A stretch of DNA of 64,000 bases, taken from the NCBI GenBank assembly GCA_951406725.2, contig OX597833.1, positions 11,594,001-11,658,000 on the forward strand. The letters are read 5' to 3'. Positions within the stretch are counted from its first letter, which is position 1; every line of letters starts with the position of its first letter. Of this stretch, positions 1-13,906 are shown in pieces. Source of the DNA: Octopus vulgaris (lineage: Eukaryota). A program made the translations under genes and the position numbers. Below the pieces are notes generated by a model that worked only from the letters and a program-made list of their open reading frames with translations, was not told the origin of the DNA and did not search any database.

Positions 1-17
1 TGATCCACCAACCACAC
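1..17 (-). pseudogene. Paralog A exon 4, 5' start (continues left of the window)
   Basis: Minus strand reads ...ctag|GTGTGGTTGGTGGATCA, identical to the acceptor and start of paralog B exon 4 (22950); encodes (G)VVGGS. Confidence 0.85.
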
Positions 18-156
18 CTAGAATTGGTAAGAATAAATCAAATAAATAAAATGTTAAGTAAAGTGAAATAAGAAAAACGTGGATTAAAAGAAATCCTTGA
101 AAAGGAACTTTCAATTTTAAATTGGCGATTATAAATAGACACACATACGCGCGCGC

Positions 157-187
<31 letters not shown>

Positions 188-1341
188 AGTGTGTGTGATT
201 GAGTTTATATGTGTGTGTATATCAGTGTGTGTTTGTGTGACTTTGTGTCTATGTGTGTGCGCGTGTGCATGCGTCTATGTGTTTGAACATTCACTATGTT
301 TACGTGTGTAGGTTTTGTGTATACAAACTAGTATCGATGCGATTGTAAGCTGTGTTGCTGAATGAATGTTTGTGTATGAGTTAAGAACTGTACGTGTCTA
401 TGATTTATATGTATATATGTTGTAGGTGTACGCCAACGGGTTTGTGTAGGTAATATTTATGAATATGTCTAGATACATGGCTGTAGATGGTTGTGTGCAG
501 ATGTCAAAAGAGTGCGAAGGGAAGGCCGTTACGTCACGCATTTCCTCTAAAATGGAAAAAGACGATTTTGTTCAAATTTTAACGGAGATAAAATAGAAGA
601 ACGATACAAGGAATTTTTAACCAATATAAATGGAAGAACACGGTGAGGTGCAGAGTATTGACAGTCGATGGGTAGTTAAAAGTTATTTAACAGAACATCC
701 TGCACAGCGTAGCTAAAACTCTCGGCTAGTCGTGGACAGGTCACGTGAAGATACACGTTAGGGTCACGTTGGCTTTATTTGCTGCATCACTGGGGTAATT
801 TTACTTCTGAAGGAAAGTGAGTGGAGAAAGGATTGTAAGGTTCAGTTTAGGCTGAATGGGGAAAACTTTAAAGAAACCGTTAAGGGTTCAGTTGTAGACA
901 GGTAAAAATCTGTTCCATCGTATTTTAAAGCAAAAACAACTCACGTTTAAAAAAAGAAATGTTGAAGGGGAAGAAGTGGAAAATAGTGTCTTCTGCCTTA
1001 CCACGAGGCACTAGCGTGATTAAGTAGTGGAATAGTGCGTAGTTAATGCATACAGTCCTTCGGTAACTATATTCTTTGGTTGGTACTTTCGATGATATCC
1101 TGTTCGTGTGATCATTCTTGACGGCATTTATACTTCGGCTATGAGCAAATAAATTCGACGGAGAAAGTAGTTTTGTGTAATCTCAAGAGAATCTATAATC
1201 GCCGTTTAAAACGTGATATACTATAATAGGAAAAACGTTTGTGTAGATCAGAAAGAAGGAGGGAGAGGGAGAGAGGAAGAGAAAGAGAGAGAGATAGAAA
1301 GAAAGAAATAGAGTGAGAGATTAGAAACAGAATATACTAAC

Positions 1342-1416
1342 CATCGTATTACAGACTGGAATTACGTGGACATTTTGTTCTACCCCACCGGGTATACAGG
1401 GATCCAGGACCGGGTC
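1342..1416 (-). pseudogene. Paralog A exon 3 (75 nt) with in-frame stop
   Basis: cag|...|gttagt boundaries; encodes PGPGSLYTRWGRTKCPRNSSL*YD, with TAA where paralog B has GTA (LVYD). Confidence 0.85.
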
Positions 1417-1523
1417 CTGTGAAATTGCGAAGGAAACAATGTAGTTTAAAAGAAAATAATTGGTGAACCATGTGGGAGAGAATTTCTTGGCTGGGAATTA
1501 ATGAATTGGGGAGACAATGATTA

Positions 1524-1805
1524 GAAGGAAGGAAGGAAGGAAGGAAGAGAGGGAGGGAGGAAGGAAAGAAGGAAGGAGGAGAGGATGGAATGAAGGAAGG
1601 AGGGAAGGGGAGGAAGTAAGGAAAGAAGGAAGGAAGGAAGGAAGGAAGGAAAGTGTGGAATGAAGGAAGGAAGGAAGAAAGGAAGGAAGAGAGGGAGGGA
1701 GGAAGGAAAGAAGGAAGGAGGGGAGGAAGGAAGGAAGGAAGGAAGGAAGGAAGGAAGGAAGGAAGGAAGGGTAGATGGGAACTTGATAGAGGATTTAAAG
1801 CGTTT

Positions 1806-1848
<43 letters not shown>

Positions 1849-1935
1849 AAAAGAGGAAGAAAGAAAAAAGAAAGATAGAATGAATGAAAGAAAGAAAGAA
1901 AGAATGAATGAAAGAAAGAAACAAACAAACAAACA
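1524..1935. repeat. (GGAA)n/(GAAA)n polypurine tract (paralogous tract 23540-24142); one of dozens of microsatellites
   Basis: Direct reading; the window also has many (TA)n, (GT)n, (GATA)n, (GTAT)n, (GGAT)n, (TAC)n and (AAT)n tracts. Confidence 0.95.
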
Positions 1936-2730
1936 AAGGGTTTGAAAATTCTTCTTCCTCTGAACGTAAAGCTGATTCCGAGAAATAGTCCCCCACGCCT
2001 GGGGGTGAATGTATACTTTTAGTTACTGGTAAAGATTTGCATGATTCATCACTAATTCACTTCTCAGCCGAATTCAATGCGGTTTTTTAGCAATGATGAT
2101 CGAGTCTTGAGCTAAATTTTTTAAGTTAAATTAATTCAAGGTTGGAGCATCAAATAAAAGGCAAACCAAAAATTAAATAAAAGGCTAGAAAATCTTAATA
2201 ACAATTGCTTCCCTCTGGAATGGCACTCAAAGACAGGTGCATGATTTCTCTACAACCACCAGACTCGCAGAATTACTGAGCAACAACAATATGTGGATGG
2301 TTTTATTGATTCTGTTTCTTACTACAACATAGGGTAAACCCTACAATTTCTTATTGCTTACACTAACATTAGATCTGAACTGAAAATATATCTTACATAC
2401 TTTTTTCCAGATTATAGTCTTAGATGTACACAAAATTGCTTTTATTTATTGACGTGGTCCTGCATATAAACTCATATAAACATAGTTAATATCATAGCAT
2501 AAGAGGATTACATTTTCAAATTCATTGAGGCATCCAACTTAAAGTTGTGTATTTCGTTGAGCAGATTGTGTAAGAAATGAAAAACAAAAAAATTGGAAGC
2601 CAATAGGTGAGGAGACACATTTATATGAATTTAGCTAAAAGAGATTGAAACAGAATATTTTATAATATTTAATCCGGCCCCGAACATTTCTTTACGTTTT
2701 TATCTTGCACGATATAAAATTAGTTCTTAC

Positions 2731-2782
2731 TTGGCGTGTGAACAGCTTTGTCATCCAGAGATTTCTTGAAAAGGAAACGGTT
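2731..2782 (-). pseudogene. Paralog A exon 2 (52 nt)
   Basis: ttttcacag|AACCGT...CCAA|gtaag; encodes NRFLFKKSLDDKAVHTP; phase 0 to 1 fits exons 1 and 3; conserved in B and C. Confidence 0.8.
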
Positions 2783-3072
2783 CTGTGAAAAAATTGAAAT
2801 AACATCATAGAAATAGATTTTCAGAAAATTCATCAATGTTTAGAATTTAAAGCTAAGCAATACAATAATGGCACTTTTGGACAGCTTCTTTTGAAGATGT
2901 GGGAGACAACTTCATTGTTAATTCCACCAAATTTTCATCGTTGTGTTACATCTTGGTGGCTTACCGCTTTCTTATCTCCTCTGTGCATCGGGTACTCCTT
3001 TATTTCATGCTTTTATATGGCAAAAGCAAACCCATCACAATGAGAGTTAATTAAGCCTAACGAACGAAAACA

Positions 3073-3720
3073 CGCACGGAGAATGTTGCAAATGCATTTA
3101 GAAAAACTAATCTTCCAGTTTGTAAATCTACAAACAGGTGGGTAGATATCTCAGACCCGATTCATTTCGCTTTCTACGTAACCTACTTTTAAAAATATAT
3201 TTACCTTTCTGTGTACCTTTATTCAGTTGAAGCCCCGCGACTTCCAAACAAAATATGGCGAACAAACATAAATTGAAAATTCTTAAAGTATTTGCACCAT
3301 TCTTCGTGCGTGTTTACATATATTGAGAGATACGTGGTGTTGGAATTTCATTCGTCTTTCAATGCAAATAGTTACTTACTGTACGCTGACTTTTTATATA
3401 TATTTTCATATTTGGATTATGTTCGTTGGCCATTTTATCATTATTTTTTAAAGATAATGATAACTTATTTGAATTTTGAATTTATACTTGCTCGCTAATG
3501 TTCGTTCGGATGTGACGGTGCCTTCAGCTGAACAAACGAGCACGGAAAGTTAAATACATTTAAAAAAATAGTTTACGTAGTTAGACTTGCTGATGAGCTT
3601 TGGGTGCCAATTCAACACAGAAAGCGAAATCAATGAATACTGGGATATCTACCCTTCTACTTGTAGATTTACAAACTGGAACAACCGTTTTCCCAAATGT
3701 ATTTGCTACATTCTTCGTGC
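3073..3720. repeat. Old imperfect inverted repeat (3073-3175 / 3619-3720), duplicated at ~25885-26530
   Basis: ttccagtttgtaaatctacaa..gggtagatatc..tttcgctttct versus agaaagcgaaa..gatatctaccc..ttgtagatttacaaactggaa. Confidence 0.65.
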
Positions 3721-4322
3721 ATGTTGACGTATAGTGAGAGATACATGGTTTTGGAGACTTTTATTTTTCTTTCAATGGAAAAGATATTTATTTTCACGGA
3801 AAAAGACCTGCGCGGAATTCAGCGGTCCAACAAGCCGATATATATGCGTTTGTGTGTATCTTTCCGCATGTGAATGCGTGTTTGTTCGTTTATGTAAGTC
3901 TGCCTTATAGGGATAGATGCATATATTTATATACGCTAAAATATTTCAACGTGGTTTAGTGCTTCAGGTTTTAAACTCACGAACAAAGGGTTGTACGTTC
4001 GATTCAAGCGTTGTGTTCTTGAGCAAAACTATTTACATTGCACTGCAAATATATCGACAACTGATCGTATGGCACATTTCTGGACCTGTTCATTAATTTG
4101 ACGGAGGGAAATCTGGAAACAAATCATCCCAGGAATTCTTCGGCAATTAAGCACGAAAACGTCATCCGAAGAAACAGACCATAGTGTATGTATCTATATT
4201 TCTGTGCGTCTCTGTGTGTGTATGCGTGTGTCATTGTGTCTGTGTGTCTGTATGGGTACATCTATATATGTATGTATGTATATATGTATGTAAGTATGTA
4301 TGTATGTATATATGTATGTATG

Positions 4323-4356
<34 letters not shown>

Positions 4357-4518
4357 TGTATGTATGGATGGATGGATGGATGGATAGATGGATGGATGGA
4401 TGGAAGTATGTATGTATGTATGTATGTATGGATGTATGTATGTATGGTGCATCATCATGGACGCAGCTCCGAGCTGAATCTAGAGAGGAAAAATACATCC
4501 AGAAATAAATACACACAC

Positions 4519-4555
<37 letters not shown>

Positions 4556-5051
4556 CACATTCGAATATACACATGAAGTGATACCTTCATACATGTTCAT
4601 TTATGTGTGCACACGAAAGCGGCAGACGTACATATATAAGGCCTTTTATGTAAAATATTTCAGCAAGAAATGTCAATCTCTATCTTACAACATGGAACAC
4701 AATTCATTATTGACTTGTAAACTAACTTACATTTTTCTAATCCTATGTCTTTGCTACGTATAGTAATTGACAAATTCATTGCTTTCTATTTTGCAACACT
4801 ATCTATCGCACAACCTTTCTGGGGGCTTTTATAATTGTCATCTACAATACTGAATATTTCAAGATAATGATCAAATTCCTCGTAGTTGCGCCTTGTCTTT
4901 ATCCTTTCAAGGTCCATGAATTCAGAACCTGTTCATCACTGGCCTGTAAGGAATCGAACTACAACTTCCTGACATTTAGGACCACGAGCCAAAATTTCGA
5001 AGCAAAATATATAACGTGAATGAAACTATCAAATCAATCGATCTTTCTATG

Positions 5052-5175
<124 letters not shown>

Positions 5176-5223
5176 AAACACTCAGTCAGGCTGTCCACCT
5201 ATCCACCAATATATCTATTTATC

Positions 5224-5444
5224 AAACGATCGATAGTTCTGTCTATCGATCTCTCTAAACACATTAAAAATTATCCAACCATTAATATGTTAGTAGATAT
5301 ATATTCGAGACATAATTATCTCTCTCTATATAAACGATCGATATTTCTATCTATCTATCTCTCTAAACACATTAAAAATTATCCAACCATTAATATGTTA
5401 GTAGATATATATTCGAGACATAATTATCTCTCTCTATATAAACG
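5224..5444. repeat. 108-bp tandem duplication spanning the Helitron 5' junction
   Basis: AAACG at 5224, 5332 and 5440; the unit includes host flank plus the first ~18 nt of the Helitron. Confidence 0.8.
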
Positions 5445-5682
5445 GCAGTTTGTCTGTGTGTCTTTCTGTGTGTCTGTTTGGTTGTACCCTCACTCTGACC
5501 ACGGCTTTCAACCGATTCTGATGAAACTTGACACACACATATGTCATAATTGAAAACTAACGCAGCGAAAATTTTGAAAAGTTTCCCCAGTTCTGAAAAA
5601 AAGTGATAAATTCGACATGGGGTCGAGAATCAGAAACACAAACCACAGACTGTCTAGGGGACGCAGCTCGGCCTTTTTAACT

Positions 5683-5943
5683 CTGACCTACCAATCCACT
5701 TCAGGCGTTCTCAGATTCCTGTTAAACTCTGCTTCGCAAATTCCATCAATAAATCCCAAGGCCAAACGCTACAAGTCGCTGGGTTACAGTTGGGCGAACA
5801 GTGCTTCGCCCACGGTCAACTCTACGTGGGCTGTTCACGCGTTGGGAGGCGCAATGATGTTTTCATGTTTTCGCCCAAAGGGACAGCTAGGAACATCGTA
5901 TACACAGAAGTATTCGAGTGAAGACAAGACATTACAACCTACA
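5683..5943 (+). repeat. 261-bp copy of the Helitron's own 3' coding end (11434-11694) inside its 5' region
   Basis: Near-identical sequence ctgacctaccaatccacttcagg...gaagtattcgagtgaagaca.gacatt.caacctaca. Confidence 0.9.
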
Positions 5944-6874
5944 AAATCGATAAACTCGGCATGGGGTCGAGAATCTAAGCTTTTTATATGCAACACATTA
6001 TCTATGGTAGTTTTCGCAACTTGCAATCGATTTTCACAAAACTCATGGGGAAGCTTAATGTTACCCTAAGAAACTCAATTCTGACGTTAGTTTTCCATGC
6101 AATACCTTACCATCAGAAACAATCGATAAAATCATGCCATTTTGGGAAATCGCGTTCAAATTCAAGATGACATATTTTCGACAATATCTTTCACAAATTG
6201 GCAGGAATTTTTTTTTTTTATTCACAGCGAGCATCATGTCTGCTCCAAGGAGCTATATAGCCCTTTTTATTCCAATAGGATACATTATTGGAAAAAATCG
6301 GTTAATTAAATCATATGTGGCACACATAGCAAACCGATTTGTGTATTAAACACAAACCAGACTGTCTAGGGGACGCAACTCGACCTTTTTAGCTATCGAT
6401 AATTCGATCCAACCAATTCCTACCAGGAAGAAATTACATTCGAGACTTCACCCCCAACACCGCCACTTCTGCTAATAGCTGCTGCAGCCGCAAGTTATTC
6501 GAATACTTTTTTTGTTTACACTTTCTTTATAACTACCACCCCAAACGTTTTACCTTAAATTTTTGACGTACCCTAAGGGTCCTCGGACGCTACTTGCAAA
6601 CTCTTGGTTTATTATAAACCGCTTTTGTCGTGTGCATCAAAAAACCTTTTCCATTCGTTTGTTCAGTTTGGTCACTTTTGACTTTTTCGTTGTTGTCACT
6701 CACATTGCTGCTCGCTTTTTTGCCGTTTTTGTACATTTTTATACATTTTGGGATACTTACCCCACGAGCTCCTTTTTATTACACCTTTACCAAACACATT
6801 GCTATCCACCAAAATACTTACCCCACGTGTTCCTTTTTATTACACCTTTGCCAAACACATTGCTATCCACCAAA

Positions 6875-9800
6875 ATGCCACCCAAGAAGAGAAGGACCCT
6901 CCTCAGCCCTCGGACGGCCAAGGCATCGGCTGCTAGGGCTAGAAGGGCACGCGAGACCCACGAGGAAACCGCCTTGCGCCTCTCGCAAAAAGCTTCCCGT
7001 TCTGCCGCTGCTCAGGCATCTGAAACTACTAGCGACCGTTCTACCCGACTTGCAAGGGTCGTAGCGTACAGATCTTCCCTCCGCTCGAGGTTGACGAAAG
7101 AGCAACAGTCCAGCCAAAACATGCGGGCTTCTTCCTGTGCTTCCATCCGCAACTCTCGAGAACCCCGAACAAAGGGCCATTCGGAATGCGGCTAACGCCA
7201 CTAGCACCGCCAGGACACGATCTGTCGAAACCTCACAGCCGAGGAGAACTCGCCAAGCTGCTAACGCCGCAAATACAGCCATGGCTCGATCTGCCGAAAC
7301 TCCACACCAACGAACTATTCGGACATCCAGAAATGCCATTAACACTGCTTCTGCTAGGGCTTCAGAGGGTGCTGAGGCGAGAGCTGAAAGGCTTTCAAGG
7401 GATGCCACTGCTACCGCTGTCGCACGTGCATCTGAATCTGCTGAGGCACGGTGCACTCGACTTGAGAGTATCAACAAACGTCGGGATATCATTCGTGGTG
7501 TACGTACCCCTGCCGCCGCTTTCTGGTTTTCACTAGCATTCAACTACGACGCCACAATTAACTTCTCCTTGCGTGACGACATCAAGATAGGGTCAATGAC
7601 AATTGTATGCCAGTTTTGCAAAGCCAAGAAATGGCACGGAGAGCCACCTGGTTTGTGCTGCTCTGGTGGCAAAGTGGACCTGCCACCCCTACGGGAACCA
7701 CCTCAACCACTGAAGGATCTCGCGGCGGGTTTAACCCCCGAATCGTCACAATTCCTTGAAATAATTCGAAAGTACAACTGCTCATTCCAAATGACCTCTT
7801 TCGGGGCCAAAATTCCTCCCAGAGAAGGCTGGATGCCTACTTTCAAAGTGCAGGGACAGGTCTACCATCTTATTGGGTCACTTCTGCCAGACGAGATTCA
7901 GCAGTCTTCTTTCCTCCAAATATACTTCATTGCCGACTACAACCAGCAGGTTGATGCACGCCTTGGAATAATACCGGGTACAAGCTATGTTCCCCGCAAA
8001 GACATTCTTCTCCGTCTCCAAACCATGCTTCATGATATCAACAGCTACATCTGCAGCTTCAGATATGCCTTGGACAGTGCTCCATCTCCAAACTTCACCG
8101 TTGTCATTGACGCTGATAAACGACCCCACGGGGAGCACGAACGCCGTTTCAACGCACCTGCGTGCAACGAAATTGCCGCAGTCATACACGGAGAGCAACA
8201 CAACAGCCGTGACATAATCATCTCCTCCCGTGGTAACAGCCTACACAGGATCAGCGAGACTCACATATCTTATGACGCGCTTCAGTATCCATTGCTTTTC
8301 CCTTATGGGGAAAACGGCTACTACTTCGGAATTCCTTTACGGCAGCCCTCCAATCAAACTACTGCGGCATCAAAGACGGTTTCCTGCAGGGCGTTCTACT
8401 CATATCGGTTCATGGTCAGGGAGGGTGAGTTCAGCTTATTGCCCCGTTGTCGTCAGCTATTCAACCAGTTCGCCGTCGACATGGCCGCCAAAATGGAATC
8501 GGAAAGGCTGCTATACATTAAACTTAATCAGACCAAACTTCGCTCCAACTCCTACATTCATCTCCGTGACGGCTTGCAACAAGAAAATGACCCCGCAACA
8601 TCGGCAAGCCATGCATTCTACCCTCCACCTTCACGTGAGGACCGCGATATATGCGTGAAAGGACCCAAGACGCCTTGACCTACGTGCGCATTTACGGCCG
8701 GCCGGACCTCTTTATCACCTACACGTGCAATCCCAGCTGCGACGAAATCACTCGCGAACTCCTCCCGGGTCAATCTCACACCCATCGACACGACATCGTT
8801 GCTAGGGTTTTCCGTCTGAATTTGGGCAAAATGAAGGATTTGATAGTTAAGGGTCAGATTTTCGGGCATGTCAGGTGCCACATGTTTTCGGTCGAGTGGC
8901 AAAAGAGGGGCTTGCCACATGCTCACATCTTAATTTGGCTAACTCATAAAATCGAGACTAATGACATTGACAAATTCATTTCCGCCGAGATTCCTGACCC
9001 CGATGAGGACCCCGAACTGTACGAAATTGTCCGCACTACCATGGTACACGGGCCCTGTGGACCAAATTACGCCAACACACCATGCTGCAAAAACGGATTA
9101 GCCTGCTCAAAGGGATTCCCTAAACGGTTCACTTTGGAGACTCAAACAGGCGGCGATGGGTATCCGCTGTACAAACGAAGGAGTCCAGCCAATGGAGGCC
9201 GCACGATTACGGTTGGGCGACATCAAGTGGACAACACCTACATTGTCCCCTACTGTCCTCTCCTGTCGAAGATATTCAAAGCCCACGTCAACGTTGAGTT
9301 CTGCAGCTCCATCAGGTCAATACAATATGTCTGCAAATATATCAACAAAGGCAGCGATGCTGCCATGTTCAGCATCCAGAGGACCACCAGTCGCGACGAA
9401 GTGTTCAACTACTTGGCTGGCCGGTACCTCAGCAGCAACGAAGCGTTTTGGCGCATTTACGGCTTCCCGCTCCATCAGAGACACCCGGCTGTGGTGCAGC
9501 TTGCTGTACACTTGGAAAATGGACAGCGGATTTACTTCACAGAGCAAAGTGCTGTGCAGATAGCCACCAGCCCTAAAGACACAACGTTGACTGGTTTCTT
9601 CAAATTATGCCAACGTGATGACTTCGCTCGAACGCTTTTGTACCCACAGATCCCATCGTACTTCGTGTGGTCTAAAAACACCTGGGTTCGACGGAAATCC
9701 GGCAAAAACGTCGAAGGCTTCCCAGGCGTCAAGTTTGACTCCTGCCTGGGTCGAGTTTACAACATCCCGCCAAACCAGCAAGAATGCTTCTACCTCCGTC

Positions 9801-11672
9801 TCCTTCTACATGAGGTCACTGGTCCAACAGGTTTCGGCAATATACGTACCGTCAATGGGGTTCTGTGCGACACCTTCAGGGAAGCATGTATGAGACTTGG
9901 CCTTCTAGAGGATGACTCCCAGTGGGACGCCACGATGGCAGAGGGCGCTTTACTGCAAACGCCTTCGGCCCTACGACATCTTTTCGCAATCCTTCTTCAA
10001 AAATGTCAGCTTAGTGACCCACTAAGTCTCTGGATGAAATATAGGGATGACATGTCGCACGACTTCTTACGTACGGCTCAGCAACACTGCCCTTCCGCCG
10101 AGATCACGTTCACCAACTTCATTTACAATTTTGCGCTCATTCAACTCGAAGACGCTGTCATCGATATGGGTGGGTCTGCTTTAACGGACTACGGCCTTCC
10201 ACCACCCACACGTGAACACGCCAATGTTATGTCTGCTGAATTGTTACGCGAAACTTCCTACTGCATTGAGGAACTGCACCAGTACGTCCAAGATAATGAA
10301 CCACGACTGCTTCCAGACCAGCGCATAGCCTACAACACCATCGTAGACTCTGTCAGACAGCAACGTGGGGGGATTTTCTTCCTTGATGCACCCGGCGGCA
10401 CTGGCAAAACCTTCGTCACTAAACTAATTCTGGCGGAGGTCAGACGCAACACGGACATTGCCCTGACTGTAGCTTCCTCTGGTATCGCAGCCACGTTGCT
10501 TCCGGGTGGCAGAACCGCCCACTCTGCCTTCAGACTCCCGCTCGATCTGGCAAAGTCCAATCACCTATCTACAATATCGCCAAGAACTCAGAACAGGCCG
10601 ACATTCTACGCAGATGCAAACTCATCGTATGGGACGAGTGCACTATGGCACACAAAGGCGCCCTTGAGGCACTGGACAGGTCCCTGCAAGACATCAGAGA
10701 CTCTACGGCCCCCATGGGAGGATTAACTTTACTTCTTTCAGGAGACTTCAGGCAGACTCTACCTGTTATTCCAAAAGGAACCCGTGCCGATGCCGTGCGC
10801 GCGTGCCTTACGTCGTCAGCTCTTTGGGCACATGTGCGGCCCTTGCACCTCCAAACTAACATGCGCGCGCAGTTGATTGGTGACAGCGGATCCGCTGCAT
10901 TCTCCAGGGACCTCTTATCAATCGGTGAAAATAGGATGCTGGCTGATGCGGATGGCTGCGTTCAATTGGACTCACTTTGCACCATTGTCGACACCCCTGC
11001 TTGCCTCCGGGACGCTGTCTTCCACGACCTACAAAACAATTTACGCGACCTAAAATGGCTGGCAGGTAGAGCTATTCTCGCACCCAAAAATACAACCGTC
11101 AACTCCATCAATATCCAGCTACTTGAAGCTATTCCTGGTGATGTCCACGTCTACAAATCTATAGATAGGACAGCAGACCCCGCCGAGCTGCCGATTATCT
11201 TGTTGAATTCCTGAATTCACTTGAACCGCTAGGCCTGCCGCCACACATCCTGAAGTTAAAAGTCGGTGCGCCCATTATGCTCATCAGGAATTTGGTTCCA
11301 CCTAAACAGTGCAACGGCACACGTTTGGTTGTGAAACATTTGGCACCACATTTAATAACGGCCACAATACTTACCGGTTGTGGGAAGGGAGAGGACGTCT
11401 TCATTCCACGGATGCACCTTCAACCGTCGGGCGCTGACCTACCAATCCACTTCAGGCGTTCTCAGTTTCCTGTTAAACTCTGCTTCGCAATGTCCATCAA
11501 TAAATCCCAAGGCCAAACGCTACAAGTCGCTGGGTTACATTTGGGCGAACAGTGCTTCGCCCACGGTCAACTCTACGTGGGCTGTTCACGCGTTGAGAGG
11601 CGCAATGATGTTTTCATGTTTTCTCCCAAAGGGACAGCTAGGAACATCGTATATACAGAAGTATTCGAGTGA
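6875..11672 (+). pseudogene. Helitron RepHel ORF broken by about four frameshifts
   Basis: ORF pieces 6875-7195, 7137-8678, 8651-10726, 10645-11214, 11277-11672 are collinear parts of one RepHel protein starting MPPKKRR. Confidence 0.9.
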
Positions 11673-11800
11673 AGACAGGACATTGCAACCTACACATGCA
11701 CCTTCGTTCCCTGGAGGGAAAGGACTACATTGGGATTAGTCGTTGCCTACTAGGGGCTCTTACATACCCGGGCAACGCCGGGCTATGCTGCTAGTATATA

Positions 11801-11895
<95 letters not shown>

Positions 11896-12012
11896 ACATA
11901 TATATATATTTATATATATATATATATATATATGCATATTTATATATATATATTTATATATATATATTCATATATATATATATATGTGTGTGTGTATGTT
12001 TGTATGTATGCA

Positions 12013-12061
<49 letters not shown>

Positions 12062-12612
12062 GTGTGTGTGTTTGTTTGTATGTATGTATGTATGTATGTA
12101 TGTATGTATGTATGTATGTATGTATGTATGTATGTATGTATGTATATGTATGTGTATATGACACGACTCCTTTACCTCAACCGGTCCAGCTCTCTGTAAT
12201 ATTATATAGCAGAATATATTAAACCGAAAACAGATTCCATAAAATTCAAAATTTCTAAGGACAAATTTGTCCCCCTGAAAACTCTTCGACCAACCTATAT
12301 ACACCCGTAAATCAGATTCTAAACTGCTTCACCAGTTGGTGCTATTAAGTTATACATAGCCTGGGCCTATACTGGCTGAAATATATAACAATTGCGTGTG
12401 TATATGTTATATGTACACACATATAATTCCTAGCTGTCGTTCAGTCGGTCAGGGTCCGATTGCCGGCATGGGAACGATTTATGTAGGTGCAGGCCTGGGC
12501 TGCACGGGAAGAAGCTTCTGTTCTAAATGGAAGTCTTCTACTATAGTCGCAGACCAACCAATGTCATCTGAGTAGATTTGGCAAACGGATGCTGAAACAA
12601 TGCGTTCATAGT

Positions 12613-12698
<86 letters not shown>

Positions 12699-12949
12699 CA
12701 TACATACATACATACATACATACATACATACATACATACATAGAAAGAGATTGAGAGAGAGAGAAAGAGAAAGAGAGATGAATGGATACATAGATAGATG
12801 GATAGATAGATAAGTAGATAGATTGATTTCAAATTTACAGAAAACAAAAGACTAGGACAGGTGTAGAAACCACAAGCAAGTCCATTAATTTCAACGCTCG
12901 GGTAGAATGGAAGAGTTTTTTGTCTTTCGACCGCACGCTCTTCCACAGA

Positions 12950-13040
12950 AAGGATTAAGAGGATAAAAAGGATTAAGAGGATAAAAAGGATTAAGAGGAT
13001 AAAAAGGATTAAGAGGATAAAAAGGATTAAGAGGATAAAA
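12950..13040. repeat. 18-bp minisatellite (AAGGATTAAGAGGATAAA) x5; x2 at ~18696, ~x3 at ~37165
   Basis: Direct reading; copy number differs between paralogous introns. Confidence 0.85.
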
Positions 13041-13229
13041 AGAGAGAGAGAAGGAAAAGGACCGGAGAGAGAAAAAGGAATGTGTAGAGATAATGTGTGT
13101 TTGTTTGTGTGTGTATGTGTATGTATGAATATATATATATATATATATATATAGATACATAGATACATATATACATATATAGATATGATGATAAATCTCA
13201 GAGCGAGTTAGAAACAGTAGCGGTAACAC

Positions 13230-13523
13230 AACGTGATGCATATATGCCATTTGAATATGGCTAACCCAAAAGGGTGGATGCTACTGTAGTTTGTAGCCCC
13301 AAGAAGACACCTCCTCCCGCTGGCTATAGACACACTATCGGTGTCCTGTCAGTATTTGTGAAGGGGAGGAGACGGGGAGGATGACTCCCCTTCACAAATA
13401 CTGACAGGACACAGATAGTGTGTCTATAGCTAGCGGGAGGAGGTGTCTTCTTGGGGCTGCAAACTACAGTAGCATCCACCCTTTTGGGTTAGCCATGTTC
13501 AAATGGCATATATGCATCACGTT
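13230..13523. mobile_element. Fold-back palindromic element, family 'gccatctcaatatggctaacc', copy 1
   Basis: ~139-bp arms around a ~16-bp spacer; absent at the paralogous sites; in a (TA)n tract. Confidence 0.8.
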
Positions 13524-13557
13524 ATATAGATATGTATATATATATATATATACACAA

Positions 13558-13608
<51 letters not shown>

Positions 13609-13762
13609 ATACATATATACGTGTGTCTATATATGTATGGATGGATAGATGGATTAATGGATGGATGGATGGATGGATGGATGGATGGATGGATGGATGG
13701 ATGGATATACGTATACATTTCTTGCAACTAAAATATAGAAACTTCAGGTGTCCTGTACTTAC

Positions 13763-13906
13763 TGCGGTTGATTTTTCTTCTATCTTTCTGGTCCTTGCAT
13801 CGAAATGAAGAATCGTGATGGTCAACACGAGAAACAGTCCAAAAGTTATGAAAGAAGAAACGGAAAACCGCTGCGAAATGATCCGCCACACCTTAGCGAT
13901 TTCCAT
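13763..13906 (-). CDS. Paralog A exon 1a (ATG, hydrophobic signal-anchor segment)
   Basis: ATG...GCA|gtaagt, 48 codons [48 protein letters not shown]; same 144-nt length in all copies. Confidence 0.75.

Larger units (their letters stand above)
5427..11794 (+). mobile_element. Helitron, near full length, frameshifted Rep/helicase
   Basis: 5' TC after A, 3' hairpin CCCGG-GCAACG-CCGGG then CTAG followed by T; Rep motifs EWQKRGLPHAHIL and YVCKYINKG; PIF1 helicase motifs [36 protein letters not shown]; absent at the paralogous site (~16430). Confidence 0.95.

Noticed and set aside
3588-3645. CTGATGA-gctt..aagc-GAAA-tcaatgaata hammerhead-like core (also ~26400)
   Set aside because: Helix I does not pair and NUH geometry is off; at most a decayed relic.
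6863-7543. 226-aa antisense ORF over the Helitron N-terminus, and antisense ORFs over the Tx1 LINE
   Set aside because: Shadow frames of GC-rich transposon coding sequence.
11743-12304. Many ORFs such as [34 protein letters not shown] across the window
   Set aside because: Translations of microsatellites; no coding signal.
12950-13040. Regular 18-bp repeats as a possible CRISPR array
   Set aside because: No spacers, eukaryotic context; it is a minisatellite.
13185-13230. TGATGA...GAAA...GTA next to the fold-back element
   Set aside because: Core C and helix I missing, and the motif is not kept in the other two family copies.
13763-13800. Basic residues (RTRK, FKKS) as a furin shedding site
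   Set aside because: No RxK/RR consensus and not conserved in paralog C.
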